Positions 18,287 to 28,112 of a stretch of DNA of 64,000 bases are shown one piece after another. The notes beneath the pieces were generated by a model. The model was not told the DNA's origin. It searched no databases and worked only from the letters and a program-made list of their open reading frames with translations. A program made the position numbers and the translations under genes. The stretch lies in the UHGV virus genome UHGV-1497419. The stretch is one strand, 5' to 3'. The DNA is from a virus. Each line of letters opens with the position of its first letter. Position 1 is the stretch's first letter.

Positions 18287-20521
18287 CTAAACACCACAAC
18301 CCTCGCAATAAGCATCTTGCAGTGCAGATTTACCTACACCAATGCGACTGTTAAGGTAGTACATGGTTTTCATACCTACCGAGTTGGCATAAATCATGTA
18401 CTTCAAAGCTTGAGCCAATGATACCTTCTTAGCTTTTGCGTAGTCAACATAGAAATCTGAAGAGATAGCTTGACCAGTGAACTTTTGAACAATTGCATAA
18501 CAATCAATCAGGTCAAAGGTGTCAATACCCCAAGCAATTTCATATACATACTTCAACTCTTCATAATCTGGAACAATAAACAGCACGTTACCAGTTGCAG
18601 ACTTTTTAGTTAAAATAAAGTCACGAATTGGGTACAAGCCATTTGTCGTATTAGTTGCCAGTGAAGAACTCTCATTAGGCATGTAAGCTTCTAATACAGA
18701 GTTTCGGATTCCACCATTTTCTTTGATACGTTGTGCTAAGTCATCCCAATCATATCGTAGTTTTGCATCATGCTTTTCATCAATCTTCTTGTTAGCTGTC
18801 TTTGGAGGAACCCAGCCTTCAGGATACTTAGTGAACTCCATGTACTCTGGAACGCCACGCTCTTTAGCAAGTCTCAGAGAGGCTTCATGCAGATAGTAAG
18901 AGTGCATCTCTGCCAGTTCATGAAGTTTCGTTTTACCTGCTCGTGAAGAGTAGTTCACGTAGTTCTTCGCAAGGTAATGAGCCACATTTGTAAGGCCAAT
19001 CCCAACAGAACGACGCTTCTGAACATGGTTGCGCATCGATGGATACGGATAATCCATAAGGTCAATAACGGAGTCAACCATTGCAAGAGCATAATAAGCA
19101 ACGTCAGCGTATTCATCTTCTGAAATTCTCCCTGCAACCAAACTAGCTAGGAAGCAAAGAGCCACCTCACCATCCTCTTTCACAGCATCGTCTCTGTAAA
19201 GGTCTGTCTCTTTCTCAAAACCATACACTGGCAACACAATTTCCATACAAAGATTTGACATCTTCAATGGTTCTTTAAATGGTGTATGTGTGTTTGCGTT
19301 GTTAGTGAAGAATGGATACACACGACCTGTAGCATAACGCTGTTGAATAAACAGCTTAGCAATTTCACGAGCCTTGACTCGTCTGTGCTTAACTCCTGAA
19401 TGTACTGCGTGACCAACTGCCATAGCAAACTCATCAGCAGATGCTGTGTAGAACATGTCATAGAGTTTTGGTGCATCTTTGTAAGAGAATAGCAACCAAT
19501 CTGTATCATACTGAACACACTGCCAGAAATAATCGTTTGTGCCGAATGAGTAGTCCATCTCATTAATACGTTTAGAAGGAACCGTTGTAGGGTGCTTCAA
19601 ACGCAGTAAATCTTCAATCTGCGGGTCTAGAGCAGTGTAGAAGTTATTAGCTGAACCACCACGACTCTTCTGTTTGTTTGCCTCTACAGATGAACGTACA
19701 AGCTTGTAATAAGGCAGTTTACCCATGTGTTCGATAGTGTTTTGACGGATACCATCACCAATAGTGCGAGTCTCCATCAGCATACCGATACCAGCTTGCT
19801 TTGTAGTCATATCATAAGCAACCTTTGCAGCAATACCAAGTGATTCAGCAGTATCGTTTGCCTTAATCAAGCAGCATGACGCATAACCTGATTTAGTTGC
19901 CCTCAAACCGTTTAAATAAGGCGTAGGAGCGTTAATCTTCAGGTCAGATAGGTAAGTGTACAGCTTGATAACATCTTGCAGTCTACGGTGCTTTGGTTGC
20001 TTCTCAAAGGCTTTCATAGCCATACCCATAAACATAAATTGTGGTGACTCAAAAAGTCTTCCCGTTTTAATATCACGGATACCATACTTGTCTCTGAACT
20101 GTTTCAAGACTGCATAACCGTAAGAGATATCTTTTGAGTGCACGATGTAACCTTGCAGGTATTCAAGCTCTTCCTGTGAGTAATCCATCTTCTCCCAAAG
20201 TCCTGCTCTCTCCATATTTTTAACGAAGGTAATCAGCGTAGGAACCTTAGTAAAGCCTCCAAAGGCTTCTTTGTAGATAATACCCAAAAGCAGTCGTCCA
20301 GCCATATCTGAGTACTCTTGAGTTTGTTTATCAACACAAACATCAATCATGGCTTGGTGCATCTCTTTTGTAGTGCAACCCTCATAGACACGTTTCATAG
20401 CTTCCATAGTGACTTCTGACCAGATAATTCCACGTTTATCTGCCCATGATGCCCACTTATTCAGTCTTTCTGGGTCAAAGCTTACTACTGTACCATTTGA
20501 TTTTTTAATTGTCTTAATCAT
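18287..20521 (-). CDS. nrdA: ribonucleotide reductase class Ia large subunit
   Basis: NLCMEIVLP active-site block, 744 aa, C-terminal Cys pair. Confidence 0.9.
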   Translation of the reverse strand: MIKTIKKSNGTVVSFDPERLNKWASWADKRGIIWSEVTMEAMKRVYEGCTTKEMHQAMIDVCVDKQTQEYSDMAGRLLLGIIYKEAFGGFTKVPTLITFVKNMERAGLWEKMDYSQEELEYLQGYIVHSKDISYGYAVLKQFRDKYGIRDIKTGRLFESPQFMFMGMAMKAFEKQPKHRRLQDVIKLYTYLSDLKINAPTPYLNGLRATKSGYASCCLIKANDTAESLGIAAKVAYDMTTKQAGIGMLMETRTIGDGIRQNTIEHMGKLPYYKLVRSSVEANKQKSRGGSANNFYTALDPQIEDLLRLKHPTTVPSKRINEMDYSFGTNDYFWQCVQYDTDWLLFSYKDAPKLYDMFYTASADEFAMAVGHAVHSGVKHRRVKAREIAKLFIQQRYATGRVYPFFTNNANTHTPFKEPLKMSNLCMEIVLPVYGFEKETDLYRDDAVKEDGEVALCFLASLVAGRISEDEYADVAYYALAMVDSVIDLMDYPYPSMRNHVQKRRSVGIGLTNVAHYLAKNYVNYSSRAGKTKLHELAEMHSYYLHEASLRLAKERGVPEYMEFTKYPEGWVPPKTANKKIDEKHDAKLRYDWDDLAQRIKENGGIRNSVLEAYMPNESSSLATNTTNGLYPIRDFILTKKSATGNVLFIVPDYEELKYVYEIAWGIDTFDLIDCYAIVQKFTGQAISSDFYVDYAKAKKVSLAQALKYMIYANSVGMKTMYYLNSRIGVGKSALQDAYCEGCGV

Positions 20522-20539
20522 TTTTGAATCCTACAGATG

Positions 20540-20561
20540 AAAAGAGCCTCCGAAGAGGCTC
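20540..20561 (-). terminator. rho-independent terminator (GAGCCTC-cgaa-GAGGCTC plus T-run on minus strand)
   Basis: Perfect 7-bp stem with an A-run on the plus strand, upstream of nrdA. Confidence 0.5.
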
Positions 20562-20566
20562 CTAGT

Positions 20567-20902
20567 TTAAATCTTGAAAATTTGCTCATTCTGCCACATA
20601 TCGTAAAACTTATCACTTACCTTTGTGACTGAAGAAGTGTGCATACAATTCAGGAGCCATGATGATGTATTATCATCCATAATTGTTTCAAGTTTTTGTG
20701 TAACGTTCACATCCATGTCTGCAACAACGTAATTACCTCGCATCTTGCAAACAATCCTTCCAAACAAGATTGCACTTCTTCCTCTTCGGTCATCACAGTA
20801 CATCACTGTGTCCCCGTGCTTAACATCTTGTCCGATACTATCAACACCTAATTTAGCACCTGATATAATGTCATCATAAGATAGCTTTTTTGCTTTAGAC
20901 AC
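20567..20902 (-). CDS. hypothetical protein
   Basis: 111-aa ORF. Confidence 0.35.
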   Translation of the reverse strand: MSKAKKLSYDDIISGAKLGVDSIGQDVKHGDTVMYCDDRRGRSAILFGRIVCKMRGNYVVADMDVNVTQKLETIMDDNTSSWLLNCMHTSSVTKVSDKFYDMWQNEQIFKI

Positions 20903-21227
20903 GGTATTTCTCCAAGTTTCTTTTTAGATATAACCAACCATAGTCAGTTCTTTCTACACCCATGAAGAGTGGAGCCATCACAACTTTCCCAAAAGTATTT
21001 CTGTGTAGGCAGATTTCAAAGGAATACTCTTTCTCGATATCAATCCCATATTTGTACAGGACTGCTTTTAAAACTTGTTCATTATCCAGAAGTGTATCTG
21101 GAGTCTCACCATACTTCTCAAGTAACGGGTCATACATAAACACCGTCATAGAGATATTGTAGTTTGAGAAGTGGCTCTTCTGAGCCACACCTTCTTTATT
21201 AATGTTCTGTGAATCCATTATAACCAA
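20895..21227 (-). CDS. hypothetical protein
   Basis: 110-aa ORF. Confidence 0.35.
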   Translation of the reverse strand: MVIMDSQNINKEGVAQKSHFSNYNISMTVFMYDPLLEKYGETPDTLLDNEQVLKAVLYKYGIDIEKEYSFEICLHRNTFGKVVMAPLFMGVERTDYGWLYLKRNLEKYRV

Positions 21228-21954
21228 CCCCTTTTAACCAGCACTTCAGGTTATTAGCATCATAATTCAGTTTCGGGTATGAGGTTACATGGAACTGCTC
21301 ACCATCATAGTAGACAATATCTGCAATCCATAGTCCATTCTCTTTACAGAAATCTTTATCTGCTTTAGAGGTAATTGGATTAACTTCTACAAAACCATCT
21401 ACACCCAAATCCTTTAAGCTACCTACAATACCTTTGCAGATAACACATGTCTCAGATACTACCACAAAAAGTTCTTGGCTTTCAAGCTCTACAATGTATT
21501 CACCAAGCTGTACTTTAGGGAGATTTGATTGCTTCATAATCTTCCCATCGGCTGCACGGACAATCGCATACCACTCTTTACCATCAACCACTGACATTCT
21601 GATGATACACTCTTGACCAGTACGCTTCTCAACATCTGCAAGACGCTTTAAAGCTTCTTCATAGTCATCTGTGTACTTCAGGTCATTATTATGGCAAACA
21701 GCTTTCATAGCACCGTTATGGTCATGTTGTGACAGATAAATCAGACCATCAAGAACATATTGCAAATCTGCCTGAGCATCCAGTGTCTCAATGGGGTCTT
21801 TCTCTTCAATTGCTTTTACAAGCTCTTTTGCTTCTTCAAGCATACACAGAGACTGGGATTTTAAAGATTCCCAATACTCATCACTGTAAGGTTGCTTTTG
21901 AGTGTTTCCACAACGAAGATTCCAGTTTTTTACTGCTTCTCTTGAGTTAAACAT
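21199..21954 (-). CDS. MazG-like nucleotide pyrophosphohydrolase domain protein (N-terminal) with an extra C-terminal domain
   Basis: EEAKELVKAIEEKDPIETLDAQADLQYVLDGL resembles the MazG/HisE EExxE...D helix pair. Confidence 0.4.
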   Translation of the reverse strand: MFNSREAVKNWNLRCGNTQKQPYSDEYWESLKSQSLCMLEEAKELVKAIEEKDPIETLDAQADLQYVLDGLIYLSQHDHNGAMKAVCHNNDLKYTDDYEEALKRLADVEKRTGQECIIRMSVVDGKEWYAIVRAADGKIMKQSNLPKVQLGEYIVELESQELFVVVSETCVICKGIVGSLKDLGVDGFVEVNPITSKADKDFCKENGLWIADIVYYDGEQFHVTSYPKLNYDANNLKCWLKGVGYNGFTEH

Positions 21955-22192
21955 TTGGACTCCTTAAAAATCTGTTAACCTTTAGCTCTCGTGTTTCAAT
22001 ATATTCCAGATGCTCACGTAACTCTTGACGTTTAAGCATTAGGTGTTGCATTTGAGATTCAACAGCTTCAACTTCTTTAATTATTGACTCTCTGGCATTT
22101 GCAAGAATGCGCTCAAGTTCTTCAATCTTGCTGTCAACCTTTGCTACATGACTCACAGCTTTACTTTTGTTAAACATTTTATTCTCTCTCAA
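21947..22192 (-). CDS. hypothetical coiled-coil protein
   Basis: 81-aa charged helical ORF. Confidence 0.3.
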   Translation of the reverse strand: MRENKMFNKSKAVSHVAKVDSKIEELERILANARESIIKEVEAVESQMQHLMLKRQELREHLEYIETRELKVNRFLRSPNV

Positions 22193-22198
22193 TAGTTA

Positions 22199-22696
22199 TC
22201 AAGCACAATTTGCTTTCATTACCTTATGGATTCTTTTTTCAGCATCTTCATAAGTTTCTTTAGTGATAAACTTAATTGCTGCAATGTTGGCATTGTAGAA
22301 GAGTCTGAGCTTAGAGTCAATCCTTTTTGTCATTACATCGAATTTATGTTGGAGGTTTGCTTCACCATAAACTAGGCCACCTTTCGTGTAGTAGGTTTGG
22401 ATAATGTAAAAGTCAAAAAATTCTTTTCCAAAGCTTTCAATATCTTTTTTAATATACTCAGAAGAGGTTTCGTAAGTCATCCAATCACTCTCCTTAGTGA
22501 CTACCTTCTTCCGAGTCTTCCCAGCAACTTTTCTTTTTGTCACACTGTTAAGCTGTTTCTTTCCGATATAGTATTGTCCAGTCTTCTTACAGTGCACTAA
22601 ATAGACAAAGCCAAAATGTTTAGTGGGGTCAACTTCCCCACATAAAGATACCCAATGACCGTAGGTGGGGCAATTGCCAAATCCTTTAATTTTCAT
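22199..22696 (-). CDS. hypothetical protein with a possible GIY-YIG-like motif
   Basis: FVYLV...GQYYIGKK resembles the GIY-(N9-11)-YIG spacing; weak. Confidence 0.25.
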   Translation of the reverse strand: MKIKGFGNCPTYGHWVSLCGEVDPTKHFGFVYLVHCKKTGQYYIGKKQLNSVTKRKVAGKTRKKVVTKESDWMTYETSSEYIKKDIESFGKEFFDFYIIQTYYTKGGLVYGEANLQHKFDVMTKRIDSKLRLFYNANIAAIKFITKETYEDAEKRIHKVMKANCA

Positions 22697-23726
22697 TCAT
22701 ACACGGCTCCCAATTATATTTCTTGAAAGAGAAATTGTCTTTTGGATTTCTCTCTTGATATGCTATCCAGAAATGCTGTTCCATTAACTCTAACGGTGTC
22801 TTTGTAACAGTTTGTCCATCCCATGACACATAGGTATAAGAGTCTTTTTTAGCATAGAGTTCATAGATAGCGTCAAGGCACTCTTTGTAGGTCTCTTTGC
22901 CATCCAAAGCATTCATCACAGCTACTTTACCAGCACCTTTTAGGCCGAAGTAGTTGTCTGCATTATCTCCAGCAACAGCCTGATAACACAAGAATTTAAA
23001 ACCTACACCAACTGTTTTTGCAGCTTTTGATTTTGATTTGATAGGACAATCCCAGATGTCACCAACATTATTGTCTGCAATAAAGATTAGTGGTGATTTT
23101 TCATAAGTCATATCGATACAATAAGTCCCTTCAGCTTGTCGAAGGTCTTTGTCAATACTCATAAGAGCAGCTTTCTTACCCATCTTTTCAGCTTTAGCGA
23201 TTACGATTGAATCGGCTTCGAAGCCACCCTTTAAGAGTTTGAACTCTGGTCTTGACAGAAGATATTCACGACAAGCAACTAAGTGTGTTGGTGTGACAGC
23301 ATCTTTGCGGTTACCTTGATATTGGTGCTCAAGACCTTTAATGTCTTTATGTTTATGCACACCTTTCTCTGTTAAATAACCTACCCAAGTTCTTTCTTTA
23401 CCAACAACCTTAAGCCATTCCTGAAGCACCTGTTGAGTAGCCATGATAGCTTCTTTTTCACTCTTAGCTTCTTTCCAAGTCTGTCTTTCCCATTCATCTT
23501 CATCAAATGTCAGTCCAAGCTCTTCCACAAGGATTCTCTGGTCTGCTAACCATCTTGCAGCATCTTTTGCATTATCAAATGGTTCAGATTCTTCTGCTGT
23601 GAGTTTATTGACATATTTATATTTTGCTTTCTCAACTACACAAGCACCTTTATAGGCAATGCTATCAGAGTCAATAAAGACATGTGTAACTGAATCGGGA
23701 AGTTTTTTTAATGTGTACTTCTCCAT
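22686..23726 (-). CDS. RNase H / 5'-3' flap endonuclease (T4 rnh-like)
   Basis: Blocks FIDSDSIAYKG, YQGNRK, FEADSIVIA and SIDKD align with the acidic catalytic clusters of T4 RNase H as recalled. Confidence 0.5.
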   Translation of the reverse strand: MEKYTLKKLPDSVTHVFIDSDSIAYKGACVVEKAKYKYVNKLTAEESEPFDNAKDAARWLADQRILVEELGLTFDEDEWERQTWKEAKSEKEAIMATQQVLQEWLKVVGKERTWVGYLTEKGVHKHKDIKGLEHQYQGNRKDAVTPTHLVACREYLLSRPEFKLLKGGFEADSIVIAKAEKMGKKAALMSIDKDLRQAEGTYCIDMTYEKSPLIFIADNNVGDIWDCPIKSKSKAAKTVGVGFKFLCYQAVAGDNADNYFGLKGAGKVAVMNALDGKETYKECLDAIYELYAKKDSYTYVSWDGQTVTKTPLELMEQHFWIAYQERNPKDNFSFKKYNWEPCMNEN

Positions 23727-23788
23727 TGTGACTCTCCATATGAAAAAGCCCCATACTAAGTACAGGGCTTTAAAGTAACTTTTAGAGA

Positions 23789-24646
23789 TTAGTCTTCTGT
23801 ATCGAAGTCTTCATCTTCTTCGTCATCTGGGTCTGGCAAGTCTTCATCGTCACCATCATCAGAGTTATTCGAAGGTTTGTGGTCTGTTGTGTCTTCTTCA
23901 GTGATTTCACCGTTATCTTCAACACCATCAAGACCAAGCATAGCCAGTTCGTCTTCATCCAGTTCAGGTTCACCATTAGCACCATTACCACCAGTGTAAG
24001 GTACAAGAGTATCGATGATAAACTGTTCCTGAATAGGTTTTGTCAGAACATTGTTCTCAAAAGTGTAGAAGTGAGTAGAAAGAATCACACTACCAAAAGA
24101 ACCGTTACCAACTGCAATATCTGGATGAATTACATCATAGTTCTTGTCATCTTCATGTTTGTCAGATGCTTGAGCTTTGATTTTCTTCATCGGCTGTTTA
24201 ACAGCTACACGCTTACCATTTACTTCTTCAATCAGCATTACAGGGAATGACTGTTTAGCTGTCCACACAGCACCATCTTTATAAGCTGCTGCACGACTTA
24301 CTTTCAAGATGTAGTAAGTGTCTGCTTCAAAAGGTGGTTTACAACCAAACTTCTCTTCGAAGTCATCTGCATCAACTGCTTCAGTAGTAACTTTATCCCA
24401 GCCTTCTGGGTTTTTCTTAGACTTAGTAAACTCTTTAAAGAGCTTGTTACCGTCTTCTGCCAGAATTGAAACACTGTAGTTACAATCTTTTCCTGGGAAT
24501 TTCTTGTCAATAGATTTACCTTTTCCCGGACGTGGTGAAGTGTTCAGGTAATAAAACCAGACATCTTTCAGAAGGTAACGCAGAGTTTGACGTTCAGTGC
24601 CGTTGTACTTCTCTACCGGAGCTTTCATTTTAACAACTTTAGACAT
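23789..24646 (-). CDS. putative single-stranded DNA-binding protein with acidic C-terminal tail
   Basis: C-terminus DDGDDEDLPDPDDEEDEDFDTED is typical of phage SSB tails; sits among replication genes; no OB-fold motif confirmed. Confidence 0.4.
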   Translation of the reverse strand: MSKVVKMKAPVEKYNGTERQTLRYLLKDVWFYYLNTSPRPGKGKSIDKKFPGKDCNYSVSILAEDGNKLFKEFTKSKKNPEGWDKVTTEAVDADDFEEKFGCKPPFEADTYYILKVSRAAAYKDGAVWTAKQSFPVMLIEEVNGKRVAVKQPMKKIKAQASDKHEDDKNYDVIHPDIAVGNGSFGSVILSTHFYTFENNVLTKPIQEQFIIDTLVPYTGGNGANGEPELDEDELAMLGLDGVEDNGEITEEDTTDHKPSNNSDDGDDEDLPDPDDEEDEDFDTED

Positions 24647-24718
24647 TATTTAAACCTCTATCTCAATTTATGAAGAGTACCAATTCTAATTTGTTGATAC
24701 TCTATTGTCAAACATTAA

Positions 24719-24868
24719 TTACTGGAAGTTGTGCTTATCTTTAGAAGCTGCTTTACGTGCAGTTTTTCCAGTTCTTACACGCTTCTCTTCATAGTATTTT
24801 GCTGGTTTACCAGCAGTGGCTTTTAAGGAATCCCCAAAAACTTTTTCAAATGCTTTAGAGTGTTTCAT
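24719..24868 (-). CDS. small basic protein (49 aa; below the ORF-track cut-off)
   Basis: Hand translation MKHSKAFEKVFGDSLKATAGKPAKYYEEKRVRTGKTARKAASKDKHNFQ; ATGA overlap with the upstream stop. Confidence 0.3.
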   Translation of the reverse strand: MKHSKAFEKVFGDSLKATAGKPAKYYEEKRVRTGKTARKAASKDKHNFQ

Positions 24869-25158
24869 GATATTCTCCGATATACTTGATATTCAAACAC
24901 ATTTTCTTTAATTATAAACAGCCAACCAATATTATGTTTAGGTATAGTAATGGTGACTGTGATTATGCTGTGATGGAACTTTTCTTCTGCCTCAACACCT
25001 CCATCACATTTCATGTAGAGCATTCTATAGAACCTATCAATCTTTGTCAAACACTCTTCCTGAAATTTATTTAAACTTTTTTCTTCAAAGAAGGGTGTGA
25101 ACCCCTCTCTTTTATAACTATCACTCAGTTTCGAATTGGCAGTCATCTGCATCCTCAC
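24865..25158 (-). CDS. hypothetical protein
   Basis: 97-aa ORF downstream of the primase-helicase. Confidence 0.3.
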   Translation of the reverse strand: MRMQMTANSKLSDSYKREGFTPFFEEKSLNKFQEECLTKIDRFYRMLYMKCDGGVEAEEKFHHSIITVTITIPKHNIGWLFIIKENVFEYQVYRRIS

Positions 25159-27112
25159 TTAATACAGGTGGAATCGTTGAGCTTTGACGCTGCTCTTCAG
25201 TATAGACTTCACCAGTCTCACGGTCAAACACTTCATCCTCATAATGTGGCAAAGAGTCATCATAATGGTCTTCAGCTTCACCAATACCAAACTGTTGGCG
25301 AATATTTTCTGCTGCGCCATCAATGTCAACTCCACAACCAGATGCTTTGATAAGACGCCCTGTATCTGGATTGTACCAAGTATGACCAGCAATACCAGTT
25401 GACTTACCATGACGACGACATTTAGTTAACTTGATTTTTGTCAAGTTTTTCTTAACAGGGTCTGGGTCAACCTTGTTACGCATTAACAGAATGTTGTTCA
25501 TAGAAATCTGGAAATACGCACCAGAGCCTTTAATATCCTCTTCAGAGATATCTCCACCTTCGGAGTTAGCCTTCTGACCACCTGCACTTTTACGAACGTG
25601 ACAGACGTTAACCTGTGCATACTGGTAGCGTTTGCAACGGCGCAATAGCTCAGACAAAACTTCCTCTTCATCCGTATCTGAACGTGACAGAGCCAACGTA
25701 ATAGGGTCAAGAATAATAATCTTACAGTCTAAACTATTAACAAGATAGTCAACAAACTCCAGCAAGTTATCTTGGTCAATTGCCCCTTGATGGTCTACGA
25801 TGTGGATACGACGACCTTTAGATAGTTCTGCATGTGCTTCCTTCAATTCATCCCAATCACGTTCGTCATAAGGAATCTCAGAAATCTGCTTGCTCAGGTG
25901 GATTGCACAAAGCATCTCCATCAACTCTTCATAGGTATCTTCTACAGGAATTACACCAATATTGTAATCGGTATCTTTCCAAGCTGTGTAAATCATTTCA
26001 CGAGTGTATGCTGATTTACCCACTGAAGATGGTGCTGCCAGAGTTGTAATCTCACCTAGACCATAACCACCATAAGTCAGTCTGTTCAAATCTCCGAAAG
26101 ATTCTGGGAAAGGAATCAATGGAATCTGACCACGATTCTTCATTGCCTCAAAACCATCTGCGAAGTTCTTGATACCAGCAGGACAGTAACGGGGCGCATT
26201 GTAGATACGCTGCTTAAACCCTTCAAGAACTGTGTCTTTCTCTTTATAGAACTTTGTCCACCATTCGTTAAGGTCTTTTACACCCTCTGGATACTGGAAT
26301 AAACGAACCTTCTCAATAGGTAGGATACCAGCAGCCTCTTTGGTAGCTTTAGCACCTGCTTCATCGTTATCAAAGCACAAGTAAATCTCATCAAATGATG
26401 TGATGTACTGATAGTTGTCTTTGATAGACTTAATGTTTGCACCTGACGGAACAGATACGTGACAGTAATTCTTACGACGAGACTTATCTTTAATCGCCAA
26501 AGAAGTCATGTAGATTGCTGTCGCACATTCCATCTCACCTTCCCAGATGAATAGACGGTTACCACCTTCTGGAGCAATCCATGAGCCGAACATTGCCAGT
26601 TCACCTTTAATGTCTCCAACACCACCAGAAAAGTCTTTTAGCTTACCACGTAGGTGCTCTTTTGGATGGTCTTCTGGGTAACGGTGACGAACACGGTAGC
26701 CAACATGTTCTAGCTTACCATCTTCATTACGTTTGTAAGTTGGATAGAAGTGCGCATCAATTTCACCGTCACTGTCAATGTCAACCTTGATACCTAAGCG
26801 TTCAAGGACTTTTGCAGGAATCTTCCTATCTTTCAAGTCCATTGCTTCTAGGTTTTCTTTTACATCGTCTAAATCCATTCCACGGAAAGTACGGTTTTTA
26901 TTGTCTGAACCAGTAGAATAAGTGCTCACGATTTGTCCTTTATCAAAATCCCACTCTGGGAAACCTTTGTTACAGCTAAAGCAAGTCATCGAATAAGAAT
27001 CATCGTCATGATGATAGATTGAACCAGCATCTGATGAACCACAACGTGGACATGCACAATGACCAATAAACTGACCAGCCTCTTTCAATTTACGACCTTT
27101 AGACATTAGCAC
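25121..27112 (-). CDS. bifunctional DNA primase-helicase (T7 gp4-like)
   Basis: Zinc ribbon CPRCGSSD...CFSCNKG, TOPRIM-like YLCFDNDEAGAKA, Walker A AAPSSVGKSAY and Walker B IIILDP. Confidence 0.8.
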   Translation of the reverse strand: MLMSKGRKLKEAGQFIGHCACPRCGSSDAGSIYHHDDDSYSMTCFSCNKGFPEWDFDKGQIVSTYSTGSDNKNRTFRGMDLDDVKENLEAMDLKDRKIPAKVLERLGIKVDIDSDGEIDAHFYPTYKRNEDGKLEHVGYRVRHRYPEDHPKEHLRGKLKDFSGGVGDIKGELAMFGSWIAPEGGNRLFIWEGEMECATAIYMTSLAIKDKSRRKNYCHVSVPSGANIKSIKDNYQYITSFDEIYLCFDNDEAGAKATKEAAGILPIEKVRLFQYPEGVKDLNEWWTKFYKEKDTVLEGFKQRIYNAPRYCPAGIKNFADGFEAMKNRGQIPLIPFPESFGDLNRLTYGGYGLGEITTLAAPSSVGKSAYTREMIYTAWKDTDYNIGVIPVEDTYEELMEMLCAIHLSKQISEIPYDERDWDELKEAHAELSKGRRIHIVDHQGAIDQDNLLEFVDYLVNSLDCKIIILDPITLALSRSDTDEEEVLSELLRRCKRYQYAQVNVCHVRKSAGGQKANSEGGDISEEDIKGSGAYFQISMNNILLMRNKVDPDPVKKNLTKIKLTKCRRHGKSTGIAGHTWYNPDTGRLIKASGCGVDIDGAAENIRQQFGIGEAEDHYDDSLPHYEDEVFDRETGEVYTEEQRQSSTIPPVLSEDADDCQFETE

Positions 27113-27299
27113 CTCTTCGTTGTAGTTCTGCCTTCAATCCATTTTCAATCTTGTCCAGTTCATGAATTTCATCTGCAATCTCTTTCCTTCGTGATTCAAC
27201 TCTCTTAAGACGTTCAATCATTACCTCATTGGAAAGAGATGAGAGTTCCACTAAACGGTGGTCAATAACTTTAAAATTGTCTTTTACTCTCATCTTCAT
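27099..27299 (-). CDS. hypothetical coiled-coil protein
   Basis: 66-aa charged ORF. Confidence 0.3.
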   Translation of the reverse strand: MKMRVKDNFKVIDHRLVELSSLSNEVMIERLKRVESRRKEIADEIHELDKIENGLKAELQRRGANV

Positions 27300-27307
27300 T
27301 CTCTCTT

Positions 27308-28051
27308 TTAAACTTTAATGATGGCTCTTAGCTTGTTCTCAAGGTCTGTAAGAGTACCATTATTATGAATAATGTCACGCTCATATTTGGTGGATAGCCC
27401 ATTTTCTGAAACGTGTGATGAAATCTTATCCACATTGTCTCTTTTTACTTCAATAGTTTGGTGTGCAAATCTACTCAGCCACTCAGCTTCAGAGTCAAAT
27501 CTTAAATCACTGATTAAGACAAAACCATATTGATTTCTAAGTGAGCAACTTTCATAGAATCTAACCATTCTTTTTTCAAGGTCTTTAGACCAGAACTTGT
27601 CGCCCATTACTTTACGGACAACTTCAGTACCCCAAATCTGTTGAATTTGTCTTGATGAGAATTTATACTTTTTGCTAAACCCCAGACGTGTCAATAGAGT
27701 CGGTTTAGCAACCTTCTTAAGCTCCATGATTAATCGTCCGGTTAACTCTGATATAAGCTTGAAGTCCATATGGTAACGTTCATCTCTGAAGGTGAACTCC
27801 ATAGCTTCCGTAACTTTAAACATCAGTTCAGGATATGATAAGTCAAATACCTGCGGAGTCTCTTTAGTTTCACCGTACAGGTCATTCCAAGTCAAGTCAA
27901 ATATCTTTGATGCAGATAGTTTAAGGTTGTCTGCAAAGGCCATTATTGCAACATTGTAGCCGTGCTCATCCTCTAAGATATTCTTCACAATAGAACATGA
28001 GGTGTCTTTTCCAGAACGTGCCTTTCCAGTAAATGCGATAATATTACTCAT
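27308..28051 (-). CDS. deoxynucleoside monophosphate kinase (T4 gp1-like)
   Basis: P-loop FTGKARSGKDT matches the GxxRSGKDT loop of T4 dNMP kinase; 247 aa. Confidence 0.6.
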   Translation of the reverse strand: MSNIIAFTGKARSGKDTSCSIVKNILEDEHGYNVAIMAFADNLKLSASKIFDLTWNDLYGETKETPQVFDLSYPELMFKVTEAMEFTFRDERYHMDFKLISELTGRLIMELKKVAKPTLLTRLGFSKKYKFSSRQIQQIWGTEVVRKVMGDKFWSKDLEKRMVRFYESCSLRNQYGFVLISDLRFDSEAEWLSRFAHQTIEVKRDNVDKISSHVSENGLSTKYERDIIHNNGTLTDLENKLRAIIKV

Positions 28052-28112
28052 TTTATCTCCATTAATTACTAAAAAGCCCCCAACTAAGGAGGCTTGTAAG
28101 ATTTATAAAGAC

